DNA from: Pseudomonadota bacterium | GTDB lineage: Bacteria > Pseudomonadota > Alphaproteobacteria > Rhodobacterales > Rhodobacteraceae | Assembly (NCBI GenBank): GCA_039189975.1 | Contig: JBCCYI010000001.1 | Span: 1-57,056, forward strand | Reading direction: 5' to 3' | DNA: 57,056 bases | Shown: positions 1 to 8,619 of the stretch, in pieces | Position numbering within the stretch: the stretch's first letter is position 1 | Layout: each line of letters opens with the position of its first letter | Position numbers and translations under genes: made by a program | Notes under the pieces: generated by a model | Told to the model about the DNA's origin: nothing | Database searches by the model: none | Seen by the model: the letters and a program-made list of their open reading frames with translations, nothing else

Positions 1-494
1 ACACGCGCTGAGGCCGGTGTGGCCTTCGAATGGGTCGTCACGGACACACCGGCGAGCGGCTTGACCTGGAACTAGCAGGCGGCCTCGCATTGGATTGGAC
101 ACGCAGGTGTGACGAGGGCCAAGCGCCTTTGGATTGGGATCTGGCGGACCCACCGGTGGCGCATCACGACGCAATACGGAACCGGGCGGTGACGGCCCGC
201 CACCACCGGTGAGGAAGCCGGATCCAAGGGGGCGAGATCCAAGGTAAGCTCGGATCGCAGCGCCCCCTTGGATCCGGCTTCCTCACCGGTGGTGGCGGGT
301 CGTCACCGCCCGGTTCCGTATTGCGTCGTGCTGCGCCACTGGTGGGTCCGCCAGATCCGAATCCAAAGGCGCTTGGCCCTCGTCACACCTGCGTGTCCAA
401 TCCAATGCGAGGCCGCCTGCTAGTTCCAGGTCAAGCCGCTCGCCGGTGTGTCCGTGACGACCCATTCGAAGGCCACACCGGCCTCAGCGCGTGT
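1..494. repeat. Long inverted repeat: arms 1-234 and 261-494, 26-nt spacer, 4 mismatches
   Basis: Position i pairs with 495-i. Mismatches only at 136/359, 155/340, 164/331 and 195/300. The left arm runs off the window edge, and bases 1-75 re-encode TRAEAGVAFEWVVTDTPASGLTWN*, the C-terminus of the 420..3164 gene. Confidence 0.97.
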
Positions 495-3164
495 GCACAT
501 CAGCGCGACGCTGTCGTAGTCACCGTCGAACTGGATACGGCCCGGCGCGCCAATCTGCGTCGCGTTGGTGCCGGTCGTGTCGCCGAGCCCGGTTCGGATC
601 TGGTGCAGCGCCGGAACAGTAATCCGGATCCGCGCCGTCGTGGCCTTGGTCACCCGAACACGGTCCCCAACCTCCGGCTGCGCGGGCAGCGCGATGTCAC
701 GATTGTTTGCCTGCTGGGCGATCATGTGGTCGCCGGGCAGGAGCGTCGCGACTGCGTTGAGATCGGCGATCCAGGGCCGCCCGAGCAGACCTGATCGCGG
801 GAATCGCCATGCGAGCGCACCCTGCGCAAGATTGTATTGCTGCGGATTGGCGCGCCGGATGATGCCATGGCGCGCCGCTGGCGTCCGGTCCGACACGATC
901 CGGCCCATCCCATCGGAGAAATCCCACCAGAGTTCCGGTTGGGTCTGCGCCGGAGCGTCCGTCTCGGCGATCTGCCGGATCTCACCGTCCGACAGACGCT
1001 CCAGCCATATCCCGGCGTGAAAGAAATCGGTCGTGTTCGTGCTGTGCTGCTCGATGAAGAACGTTCTCCCCGCGCCGGACCACACGCCCAGAGGCGTGCC
1101 ATTGCCAGAGAGGGAGCCTTGCAGAAAGAGCGCGAGTTGGCCATTCCAGAAGACGTCGAAGCGTCCGCGCGCCGTATCCGACCGGATTGTCAGCACGCCG
1201 CTTTGCCCGCCGAGAACGTCGCCGAACTGATCGAACCGGTACTGGATGTCGTCGCCCGCGCCGTCGCGCAGATCGATACGCAGGCGCTGCCCTTCCTGGA
1301 TCGCGACGATCGTGCCTGCGGCGTTCACATTCGCCGCATCGCTGCCGACGCCGAAGAGATAGTGTACGGAAGGGGCCTCAAGCACGTCCAGGCGCAGCGA
1401 AACTGTGAAGTCACCTGTTCCGATATCCGCACTCAGGTCCTTTTGAGATTGCAATGGGCCTGCGTTCGTTGTCACCCACCGCGCCCCGCGCCCGGTCATC
1501 ACACCCTTATGCGCCTCGGCCGTTAGGCGCGTTGCCATGTCGCCCCCTGCCAGTCTCAGCCGGGCGACCTCCGCCCGCCGCGCCGACACGTCGCGCCCCT
1601 CTCGCGCCAGGGGGGCGGCGTCGATCCCGAGCGCTTCCAAAACGGCTTGCGCGATGACCGCGCCGCCCTTGATCCCGGGATGGATGGCGTCTTCGATCAG
1701 TCCGGTGCCAGCGCCGTCCGGGGCGAAGGTGCCGAAGAGGTCGCGCAGCGGGATGATGCCATCCCCGGTGCGCCGGGCCAGCTCGCGCAACGCGCGCTCC
1801 CGCGCGGCATTCGCCGCTTCTTCGCCCGCGGTGCCACCGCTGTTGTAGCCCTCGACCCAGATGTGATCGAGCAGAGGGGCGGCGCTCGCCCAGAGGCTCC
1901 GGTCCGCCTCTATTTCCGTGGCATAGGCGGAGGGCGCGGACGTTCCGTTGAGCCCGTCGGCAGAATGGATCACGCGAAAGACAGGCTGACCGTGGATGCG
2001 GCAGAGATCCTCCAGAGCGGAGCCTGAGAGCTGTGCAAAGTCCGAGAGGTTCTCGCCGCCACGCGACAATGGCCAATGAACGTAACCTGGCTCAGACGTG
2101 TTGAGAAACGACAGGCTGATCAGCTGCACGGTCCCGTTCGATGACGTCACGCGGTACGACCAACCCGGCCCCAGATCGTGGTCAAACCGGGCCGAACCAA
2201 AGGAACCGCTGCCTACGCCCGTATCTGCGATGTTTGCCACGCTCTCCCAGGATGCATCCCACGTCCTCTTGCGTTCGACGCTCAGCGCCCCCGCTGCACG
2301 CCGCCAGACAAGGACAACATGGTCGCAGATCAGCTCCTCGGGCTCCAACCCGTGCCGCGTGTCGCGCTTCTCCCCGAGCGACCAGTCGAGCCCCAGCGTA
2401 AACGTCAGCGCTCCGCCTTGTGGCACGTCCCAGCGCGCGCCCCAGGGCATATCGGCAAGTCCGTCGTCGTTCGTGGCGTCCGTTGCGCCGCCGCTGGCCT
2501 CGACCCGGACGATGTTCGCCCCTTGCGTCCCCTCGGCGTTGTTGGCTTGCGCGATGTATCCGCCGAAGCCAAGCGTTCGGTAGAGCACGCGCTGTAGCGC
2601 GGGCGCCGTCCGGTTTCCGAGACTGTCGCCATAGGTGATGCCGACGATCGCGCGCGCATCGACTGTGGCTGCCGAGGAGGCGATCGTCTGGCTGCGGTCC
2701 ACAACGCAGGTCGTTATGGTGCCCCAGCTCGCGCCGGAATTGTCGACGCCCACGATCACCGCACTCTCGCCGCTGTCCCACCGGATCACAGCGCCGACAT
2801 GCTCCTTGGTGAAGATTGGCGTTGCCGATGTCACGATCGTGCCATTCTGGCTCACGGTGGCCTGCAGGGGCAGATAAGCTGCGTTACCGAGGCCGGGTGC
2901 CCCCATAAAGTGCCGGTTGCGCATCGTGACGGCGCTGCGTGTGTGCCGGGCGTTGCGGGCAAAGCCACTGTCCTTCAGTGCGACAGGGCTGTCGCTCAGC
3001 CCGCGTGCCGGAAGGTCCCGCCAAGGCGTGCTTCCATCGCCAAGCTTGACGATCTGACTGTCCGTTGCGACGCCAACCTGTCCGTCCAGCAGCGTCGGAT
3101 TCGCCGTGTCCCACTGGGCAAGCGTGCCTCGGGCATGTTGAATCGCCTTATTTTCCGTTGCCAT
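420..3164 (-). CDS. Phage-tail/fibre-like multidomain protein (~914 aa): Mtd_N/hyaluronidase-N-like domain, SGNH/GDSL hydrolase, LamG/concanavalin-like domain, C-terminal fibre-like module
   Basis: Start moved to ATG 3164 (GGAGA RBS). N-terminus RGTLAQWDTANPTLLDGQVGVATDSQIVKLGDGSTPWRDLP fits the Mtd_N pattern. SGNH motifs YGDSLG and EDAIHP. LamG-like GDFTVSLRLD...GIWLERLSDGEI...WWDFSDGMG. C-terminal IALPAQPEVGDRVRV. No signal peptide seen. Confidence 0.75.
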   Translation of the reverse strand: MATENKAIQHARGTLAQWDTANPTLLDGQVGVATDSQIVKLGDGSTPWRDLPARGLSDSPVALKDSGFARNARHTRSAVTMRNRHFMGAPGLGNAAYLPLQATVSQNGTIVTSATPIFTKEHVGAVIRWDSGESAVIVGVDNSGASWGTITTCVVDRSQTIASSAATVDARAIVGITYGDSLGNRTAPALQRVLYRTLGFGGYIAQANNAEGTQGANIVRVEASGGATDATNDDGLADMPWGARWDVPQGGALTFTLGLDWSLGEKRDTRHGLEPEELICDHVVLVWRRAAGALSVERKRTWDASWESVANIADTGVGSGSFGSARFDHDLGPGWSYRVTSSNGTVQLISLSFLNTSEPGYVHWPLSRGGENLSDFAQLSGSALEDLCRIHGQPVFRVIHSADGLNGTSAPSAYATEIEADRSLWASAAPLLDHIWVEGYNSGGTAGEEAANAARERALRELARRTGDGIIPLRDLFGTFAPDGAGTGLIEDAIHPGIKGGAVIAQAVLEALGIDAAPLAREGRDVSARRAEVARLRLAGGDMATRLTAEAHKGVMTGRGARWVTTNAGPLQSQKDLSADIGTGDFTVSLRLDVLEAPSVHYLFGVGSDAANVNAAGTIVAIQEGQRLRIDLRDGAGDDIQYRFDQFGDVLGGQSGVLTIRSDTARGRFDVFWNGQLALFLQGSLSGNGTPLGVWSGAGRTFFIEQHSTNTTDFFHAGIWLERLSDGEIRQIAETDAPAQTQPELWWDFSDGMGRIVSDRTPAARHGIIRRANPQQYNLAQGALAWRFPRSGLLGRPWIADLNAVATLLPGDHMIAQQANNRDIALPAQPEVGDRVRVTKATTARIRITVPALHQIRTGLGDTTGTNATQIGAPGRIQFDGDYDSVALMCTRAEAGVAFEWVVTDTPASGLTWN

Positions 3165-3166
3165 TC

Positions 3167-3391
3167 TCAGGTCTCCTGAATGAAGGTGCCACCGTCGAGG
3201 ACGTCTGCACTGGCCAACATGCCAGCGGTGCCCTCGTCGATGATGTCTTGCGTCGAAAGAGCCATCGCTGTGCCGGCATCCACGACGTCCGTGGGCGCAG
3301 GAAAGACCCATACGCCAGGGCCGGACCCCACCGGGCCAAGGCCAAAGCCCGCTGGCGAGCCCAACCAGATCTTCATTCGTCCAAGGAGCAT
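3167..3391 (-). CDS. Small protein (74 aa) with three D-x-x-D-x-G-T repeats, co-oriented with the tail-like gene
   Basis: Purine-rich RBS upstream. Repeats DVVDAGTA, DIIDEGTA, DVLDGGTF. Stop lies 2 nt before the downstream ATG. Confidence 0.6.
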   Translation of the reverse strand: MLLGRMKIWLGSPAGFGLGPVGSGPGVWVFPAPTDVVDAGTAMALSTQDIIDEGTAGMLASADVLDGGTFIQET

Positions 3392-3647
3392 GCCTGTCCC
3401 TTCCCCTGCGCCGCGTGCCGCTCAGAGATCTCGGCGCGGCCGCCGCTCACAGGTCTGGCGCGCACAAGCTCACGAGCAGCCCGCTTTATCGCCGTATGAG
3501 ATTTCTTTCCTCCTAGCGGAGCGTACGGTGCCTGTGCGGCCGCGCGGACTGGCCAGCCCCGTCGAAGCGCAGTACCAACGGCCTAAGGCGCGGACGGGTC
3601 CGCGCGATGCGCCGTGTTCATGCCGAGCGGCTGAGGGGAGAAGCCAC

Positions 3648-4991
3648 GTGCCCAAGGGGCTCAGCGACGCCGTAGGAAGAAACACCGCCGAAATCGGGAT
3701 CGGGTGGATCACGCTCTGTCTGGTGTTTCTTGCGTCGCTCGTGCAAGGGGGCAACCATCCGGCCGTGTGGACACCTCTCTCGCTTGTCGTCACGCTTCTC
3801 CTTGCCATGCTTGTGCTGCTGCGACTGGGGCACCCCCTTCCCGCTGCACTGCGTGGCGCAATCCTGCCGGCGGCCCTCCTCGGAACGGTGGTGACCTGGG
3901 CGCTGGCGCAAGCCATCCTCGGCGTTCCCCCAGCCGTCGCACACCCCGTCTGGAGCCTCGCCCCAGAGGGAAGCTCTCCGCGGATCAGTGCCGATCCGGC
4001 GGCAACGGTCCACGGCGTTCTTCGGCTCGCAACATACGCGATGCTCGGTTGGATCCTTGCCGTGGCTGCCTTGCAAACGTCCTGTGCCTGGGCTCTCTTG
4101 CGGGCGATCGGGTTTGCAGTGGCGGCCATGGCGTTGTTTGCCCTTTGTGCGGCGGCGATCGGGGTCAATCCGCTCTTGGGCACCTATGCGGGCCTTGGCG
4201 GGCGCGTCAGCGGCGCGTTCGTCAACAGCAATTCTATGGCGACGTATGCGGCATTTGGTATGTTGGTGAACCTTGGGCTCTTCGCGCATGCGCCTCTTGC
4301 GGCGAGACGCGGAAAGCTCGTTTTTGCGCTGTGCTGCGCACTCTGTGCCGCCTGTGTCGTGCTGACCGGATCGCGGGGGGGCACACTGTCCGCTCTGATC
4401 GGGGTTGCTGTGTTTGTCGCTGCTCTGAAAGGAAGACGCCAGGGTGGACTCGCCGCTTTGGTGAGTGTTCTGGCCGGTCTCGCCGGAACGGTCGCCATGG
4501 GACTGGTCGCCGCAGCTGGCCATCCCGTCGCCCGTGCGCTCGACGACAGCATGGCCGGTCGCGCCCATGTCTACGGCGCCGTCATTGCTCAGCTCGAGAC
4601 ACGCCCGTGGCTCGGTCATGGTCTGGGCGCATTCCAGGACACCTTTCGCCCCTACGTGCCGATCGAGGCCTCCCGCCGCGAGTGGGAGATGGCGCACTCC
4701 AGCTATCTGGAGAACCTTTGGGAAATGGGGGCTCCCACGGCGCTAGTCTTTTATGCTGCTTTGGCACTTGTCGGGCGGCGGCTCTGGATCGGGCTGGGGG
4801 TTCGGTCCCGGGATGCTGCGATTCCGGCGCTCGCCCTTGCGGTCTTCACGGCAGGTGCCGTTCATGCTGCCGTCGACTTTTCGCTCCAGATGCCGGCCTG
4901 CGCCGGGCTGTTCGCCGTCCTTCTCGGGATCGGGTGGGCACAGAGCTTCGGTCATGCGGGGCGCACATGCCCTGGGCACGCACATCCATGA
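3648..4991 (+). CDS. O-antigen ligase / Wzy_C family membrane protein
   Basis: Many TM segments. Motifs FVNSN, LTGSRGG, PWLGHGLGAF, AHSSYLENLWEMG, VHAAVDFSLQMP. GTG start at 3648 after GGGGAG. Confidence 0.85.
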   Translation: MPKGLSDAVGRNTAEIGIGWITLCLVFLASLVQGGNHPAVWTPLSLVVTLLLAMLVLLRLGHPLPAALRGAILPAALLGTVVTWALAQAILGVPPAVAHPVWSLAPEGSSPRISADPAATVHGVLRLATYAMLGWILAVAALQTSCAWALLRAIGFAVAAMALFALCAAAIGVNPLLGTYAGLGGRVSGAFVNSNSMATYAAFGMLVNLGLFAHAPLAARRGKLVFALCCALCAACVVLTGSRGGTLSALIGVAVFVAALKGRRQGGLAALVSVLAGLAGTVAMGLVAAAGHPVARALDDSMAGRAHVYGAVIAQLETRPWLGHGLGAFQDTFRPYVPIEASRREWEMAHSSYLENLWEMGAPTALVFYAALALVGRRLWIGLGVRSRDAAIPALALAVFTAGAVHAAVDFSLQMPACAGLFAVLLGIGWAQSFGHAGRTCPGHAHP

Positions 4992-6319
4992 TCCGGGCTG
5001 CTGCCATAGCCCGGTGGACCGCTCTTGCGGTGATCGCCGTCCTCGCGGGTGTGGCCACGCTCGCAATGGCGCAGGAGGTGCCCAACGAAAGCCCCATCGC
5101 GCGGGTCGGACCAGAGGCCGTTCTGCCTGCGGATCTGGAGGACGCCCTGGCTGCGGGGCGGGGGCAACGTCCGGGCGCGACGCCGGAGGTCCAGCGCCAG
5201 GAGGTCCGCGACCGGCTGGTTGCCGAGCTCTGGGCACAGCAGGTCTTCGGCGCCGAAGCCAGGAGCGATCCCGAGCTCGCCGCGACCTTGCAAGAGGCGG
5301 AGCGCCAGATCCTTTTCCAGATGTACGCGCAATCGCAGTTCGAGCCCGAACCACCGACCGATGCGGAGATCGACGCCTATGTCGCGGCCCATCCCGCCTT
5401 CTTTTCAGAGCGTGTAGAGTATCGGCTGCAAACGTTCCGTATCCTTCCTGAACTCGCCCTTGGCACCGCTGATCTCGCTGCGATCATCGCGCCGCTGTCG
5501 CTTCCGCCGATCACGGAGGAAACGACGGCGGAGCTGGCGCGCGCCCTTGCTGCATCCGGCATTCCCTTCGAACAGCAGAATCTGTGGACGGGCGGTGAGA
5601 CTCTGCCCGAACCGCTGCGCACGCGCCTTGAAGCCATGCGTGTCGCCGAACGTCCCGTGCACATCACAACCGGACCGGACCTCACCGAGATCATAGTGCT
5701 CTTTGCCGCGCGTCCGGCCCCCATCAATCCCGAGCAAGTGCGCGATCAAGTCGCGAACCGTCTTGTCGAAACTGCCTTCGACACCTTCAGCCGGTCCTTG
5801 GCCGCCGAGATCGCCGCGCCGCTCGTCGCGGCCACCCAGGAACAGTCGGACCGTCTCGCGCGCAGCGCCCCGCTTAGCGCCAGATTACTCGCTGCGATCG
5901 CGGTTCTTGGTTCCGCCTTGGGGCTGCTCTGGGCCGTCGCGCTCTGTTGGGTCCTGCACACCCGCCGGCTCTTTCGCGCCGCCCGGCGAGAGAGTGACGA
6001 CGACGCTCTGCCCGTCCTGAAGCGACCTGGCCCGGTCACGCTCTGTGCAAGTGTCACCGCAGCCGTGGGTACGGCGTTGGTGCTGGGGGCCCTCGCCACA
6101 CGGCCGTCTGCGTTGCTCTCGCTCTCCGGCCTGGCCCTCTTGCTTGGGACAGTCGTTCTGGCTGGCGGGTTCGGGATGCTTCTGTGGCGCCCGACCGAGG
6201 CAGTGCTCGCTGTCGCACACCCGAACCAGAGAGCCGCCGGACGCCGCGTGGCCGTCTTTGCTATGCTGGTGGGAGGGCTCTGCGTGGCGTTTCTCGCCTA
6301 TCCATTTCTCTACCAATAG
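4988..6319 (+). CDS. EpsD-like (SurA/PPIase family) periplasmic chaperone with a C-terminal multi-TM extension
   Basis: ATGA overlap with the ligase stop. Signal peptide, then RDRLVAELW...DPELAATLQEAERQIL...PTDAEIDAYVAAHPAFFSERVEYRL, typical of EpsD. About 4 hydrophobic helices at the C-terminus. Confidence 0.7.
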   Translation: MIRAAAIARWTALAVIAVLAGVATLAMAQEVPNESPIARVGPEAVLPADLEDALAAGRGQRPGATPEVQRQEVRDRLVAELWAQQVFGAEARSDPELAATLQEAERQILFQMYAQSQFEPEPPTDAEIDAYVAAHPAFFSERVEYRLQTFRILPELALGTADLAAIIAPLSLPPITEETTAELARALAASGIPFEQQNLWTGGETLPEPLRTRLEAMRVAERPVHITTGPDLTEIIVLFAARPAPINPEQVRDQVANRLVETAFDTFSRSLAAEIAAPLVAATQEQSDRLARSAPLSARLLAAIAVLGSALGLLWAVALCWVLHTRRLFRAARRESDDDALPVLKRPGPVTLCASVTAAVGTALVLGALATRPSALLSLSGLALLLGTVVLAGGFGMLLWRPTEAVLAVAHPNQRAAGRRVAVFAMLVGGLCVAFLAYPFLYQ

Positions 6320-8043
6320 GACCAGTGGCCAAAGCTCAGGACGGTGAGGGCGAGCAACGCGTTGGTCACACCATGCGCAAGGATGGCATCTGACAAGCTG
6401 CCACGCCAGAACGCCAAGCCACCATAGGCGAGCCCGGCCAGCACTCCGGCCACCATTTCGGCATGGAGCAATCCGAACGCCACCGAAGATCCTGTGAGCG
6501 CGAGGCCGATCCGCGCCGGCCCGCTCCACTCCGCAGGCAGCGTATTTCGCGCGATTTCCATGGCACCTCCGCGAAAGGCAAGTTCTTCGACCAAGGGTAC
6601 GACAAGGCTCCCGCCGAGGACGCGTTGGACAATCCATATCAGAGCGAGAGGGGCAGGGATTGCGGCCAAAGCCGCGTGTGTTTGCGCGGACTGGGTGTCG
6701 TTCGGAGGGACCAAAGCGACCCAAAGGGCGAAGACACCGACACCACAGACAAACCCCCAGGGGCTCGGCCCCGGCGACATGCGCGCCGATACCGCCGCCC
6801 GATATCGCCAGGCCAATCCCGCGCCGATCAGAATCGGAACAGGGTAGAGCCACTCTATGCTCCCCCGCACCAGGCCCGTGAGCAACCCGGCCGAGAGCAG
6901 CCCGGCGAGCGGCAAAAGCAAGAGCCCAAGCGTCTCATACTGCGGGTTCTCCTCTCGGTGATAGCCATCCAGGTGTCTCCCCGCGACCCGTATCCGTCGG
7001 AAAGGCGCGGCTTCGAGTGCGAGCATGAAGAGCCCCACGACCACAAGCAGCGACAGCACGCCGAAGTGAGAGTGAAACCCATTGAGCGCAACGTCTGGCC
7101 GGCCCGCCACCCCGATGGCGAAGAGGAGCGCGATCCTGGCGGCATTGAGCAAAAAGAGGACACCGAGCGCCAATGCGGCCATCAGCAGAGCTCGCCTGAG
7201 CCTCAGCCCCTCCCGCTCTAGCAGCATGTACCCGCCGATCAATGTCATGCATGCCAGCAGGCCTTGGTAGCCGGAACAGACCGGCGCGATGCGAATGGCA
7301 AACGTCTCTGCCATGAGGATCGGGTCCGGACCCCACTGCACAACCTCGGCCGCAGGCAAGCCGATCAAGCTATAGAGGGCAAGACTCATGCCGAGCGTGG
7401 CGTCTTCGATGGGGCGTCGGACGACCTCGATTGTCAGCCACTGGGACTGAAAGAGAAACGTAGAAAGGCCCATGAGAGCGAGCAATGTCACAACGTTGCC
7501 CGCCCGGGTCCAGTATTGGCAAAACGATGCCGGAAGGGCGAGGGCGCAGGCTGTCCCAGTGAAAATCAGGAAAGCCGCAACCATCAGAGCAAAGACGGTG
7601 ATCTCGCGTGGACCAAGCTCAAGGCCGATTTCGCGCCAGGAGGGCAGCACCTGGTAGAGTCCCAACAGCATGAGAAATGCGCCAAGATGGCACGCCAGGA
7701 CAATCGGGCGCCCTCGCCGCAGCGCCGGGATGGGCGCGGCCTCTTCGCAGAGCATGCGCCAGCCCGCGAGCGCAAGAGCGCCCACAAGGCCGACAGCCGC
7801 GATCTGGCTGAAGACATGGAGCGCGGATAAAACGTGTGCGTTTGCGGCGCGTGTCAGGGGAACATACTGCTCATGGCTCGCAAGATAGAGCACGCCGAGC
7901 TCAAACAGCACTCCGGCCCCAAGCCATTGAAACGGAACAACTCCGCCGGGGCGGATGTCTATTGCGCGCGCCACTCGCTCCGACCCTCGGGGGGGGAGAT
8001 GCCATGCCATCTTCCACTTTGCCATCTTCCACTTTGGTAGCAT
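6310..8043 (-). CDS. xrtE: Exosortase E / CAAX-protease fusion (VPEID-CTERM system)
   Basis: Exosortase catalytic motifs IAPVCSGYQG, LNAARIALL and GFHSHFG. CPBP motifs VEELAFRG, FGLLH and AILAHGVTN. Adjacent VPEID-type substrate. Exact start uncertain. Confidence 0.88.
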   Translation of the reverse strand: MLPKWKMAKWKMAWHLPPRGSERVARAIDIRPGGVVPFQWLGAGVLFELGVLYLASHEQYVPLTRAANAHVLSALHVFSQIAAVGLVGALALAGWRMLCEEAAPIPALRRGRPIVLACHLGAFLMLLGLYQVLPSWREIGLELGPREITVFALMVAAFLIFTGTACALALPASFCQYWTRAGNVVTLLALMGLSTFLFQSQWLTIEVVRRPIEDATLGMSLALYSLIGLPAAEVVQWGPDPILMAETFAIRIAPVCSGYQGLLACMTLIGGYMLLEREGLRLRRALLMAALALGVLFLLNAARIALLFAIGVAGRPDVALNGFHSHFGVLSLLVVVGLFMLALEAAPFRRIRVAGRHLDGYHREENPQYETLGLLLLPLAGLLSAGLLTGLVRGSIEWLYPVPILIGAGLAWRYRAAVSARMSPGPSPWGFVCGVGVFALWVALVPPNDTQSAQTHAALAAIPAPLALIWIVQRVLGGSLVVPLVEELAFRGGAMEIARNTLPAEWSGPARIGLALTGSSVAFGLLHAEMVAGVLAGLAYGGLAFWRGSLSDAILAHGVTNALLALTVLSFGHWSYW

Positions 8044-8576
8044 CTGCGCAGACGGCCGCGCAGCAGGATTGCCGCGAGAAGAATGAACAACGCCTGCGCC
8101 AAGCTTGGCCCATCGATCTCAGGAGCGGATTTTGCAGTTCCGATTGCCCAAGCCTGACTTTGACTAAGGGTGCCGTCGAAGACACGAAATGCGCTCGCAT
8201 TCCGATTTCGGAAGAGATCAATATGCTTGCCAGTTTCCGTTGAGACGATGGAATTCACCGTAAGCCCGGCAAGCGAATACCGGTAAGGCAAAAAGATCTC
8301 GGATTGCGTCTCAAAGAGCGATGCCGGGAGTGCAGCGGCAACCTCGCGCGCGAGTGCAAAGTCGCCAAACCAAGGCGACGCCGTCAATGCCCCACCCGAG
8401 TTTGCGTCGTTAAACGTCGTGCCGCTCTTTAGCGTCACAATCTCGATGTCGTAGGAGACCCCTTTGGAAAATACCGTAAAAGCAAATCCTTGGGTGGAGA
8501 GCAAAACCCATGCCGCGACACCCAACCCGAAGGTTGCCATGAAGCGCCACGCCGATCTGAAGTATAATACCGCCAC
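7959..8576 (-). CDS. VPEID-CTERM sorting-signal surface protein
   Basis: N-terminal signal peptide. C-terminal APEIDG, then TM helix (LAQALFILLAAILL), then basic cluster RGRLRR. Directly upstream of xrtE. Confidence 0.82.
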   Translation of the reverse strand: MAVLYFRSAWRFMATFGLGVAAWVLLSTQGFAFTVFSKGVSYDIEIVTLKSGTTFNDANSGGALTASPWFGDFALAREVAAALPASLFETQSEIFLPYRYSLAGLTVNSIVSTETGKHIDLFRNRNASAFRVFDGTLSQSQAWAIGTAKSAPEIDGPSLAQALFILLAAILLRGRLRRCYQSGRWQSGRWHGISPPEGRSEWRAQ

Positions 8577-8619
8577 GGGGATCCCTTCACTCTGCCGGAT
8601 CCGTTCTGCACTGGCGTGG

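Noticed and set aside
30-465. Twin 60-aa ORFs (30..212 + and 283..465 -)
   Set aside because: By-products of the palindrome. They start out of frame inside the 3' end of the real gene, and 3 of the 4 arm differences are non-synonymous, so there is no sign of coding constraint.
1-494. IS/transposon terminal inverted repeats
   Set aside because: No transposase, only 26 nt between the arms, and the arms include host coding sequence.
1-3164. Diversity-generating retroelement (Mtd-like gene plus repeated 3' end)
   Set aside because: The duplicated coding part is identical, the mismatches are non-coding and not adenine-specific, the repeat is inverted, and no reverse transcriptase is in the window.
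3180-4987. Long N-terminal extensions on the ORF-track calls 420..3311, 3180..4991 and 3704..6319
   Set aside because: They overlap other real genes and are Arg/Pro-rich noise. RBS-supported starts are 3164, 3648 and 4988.
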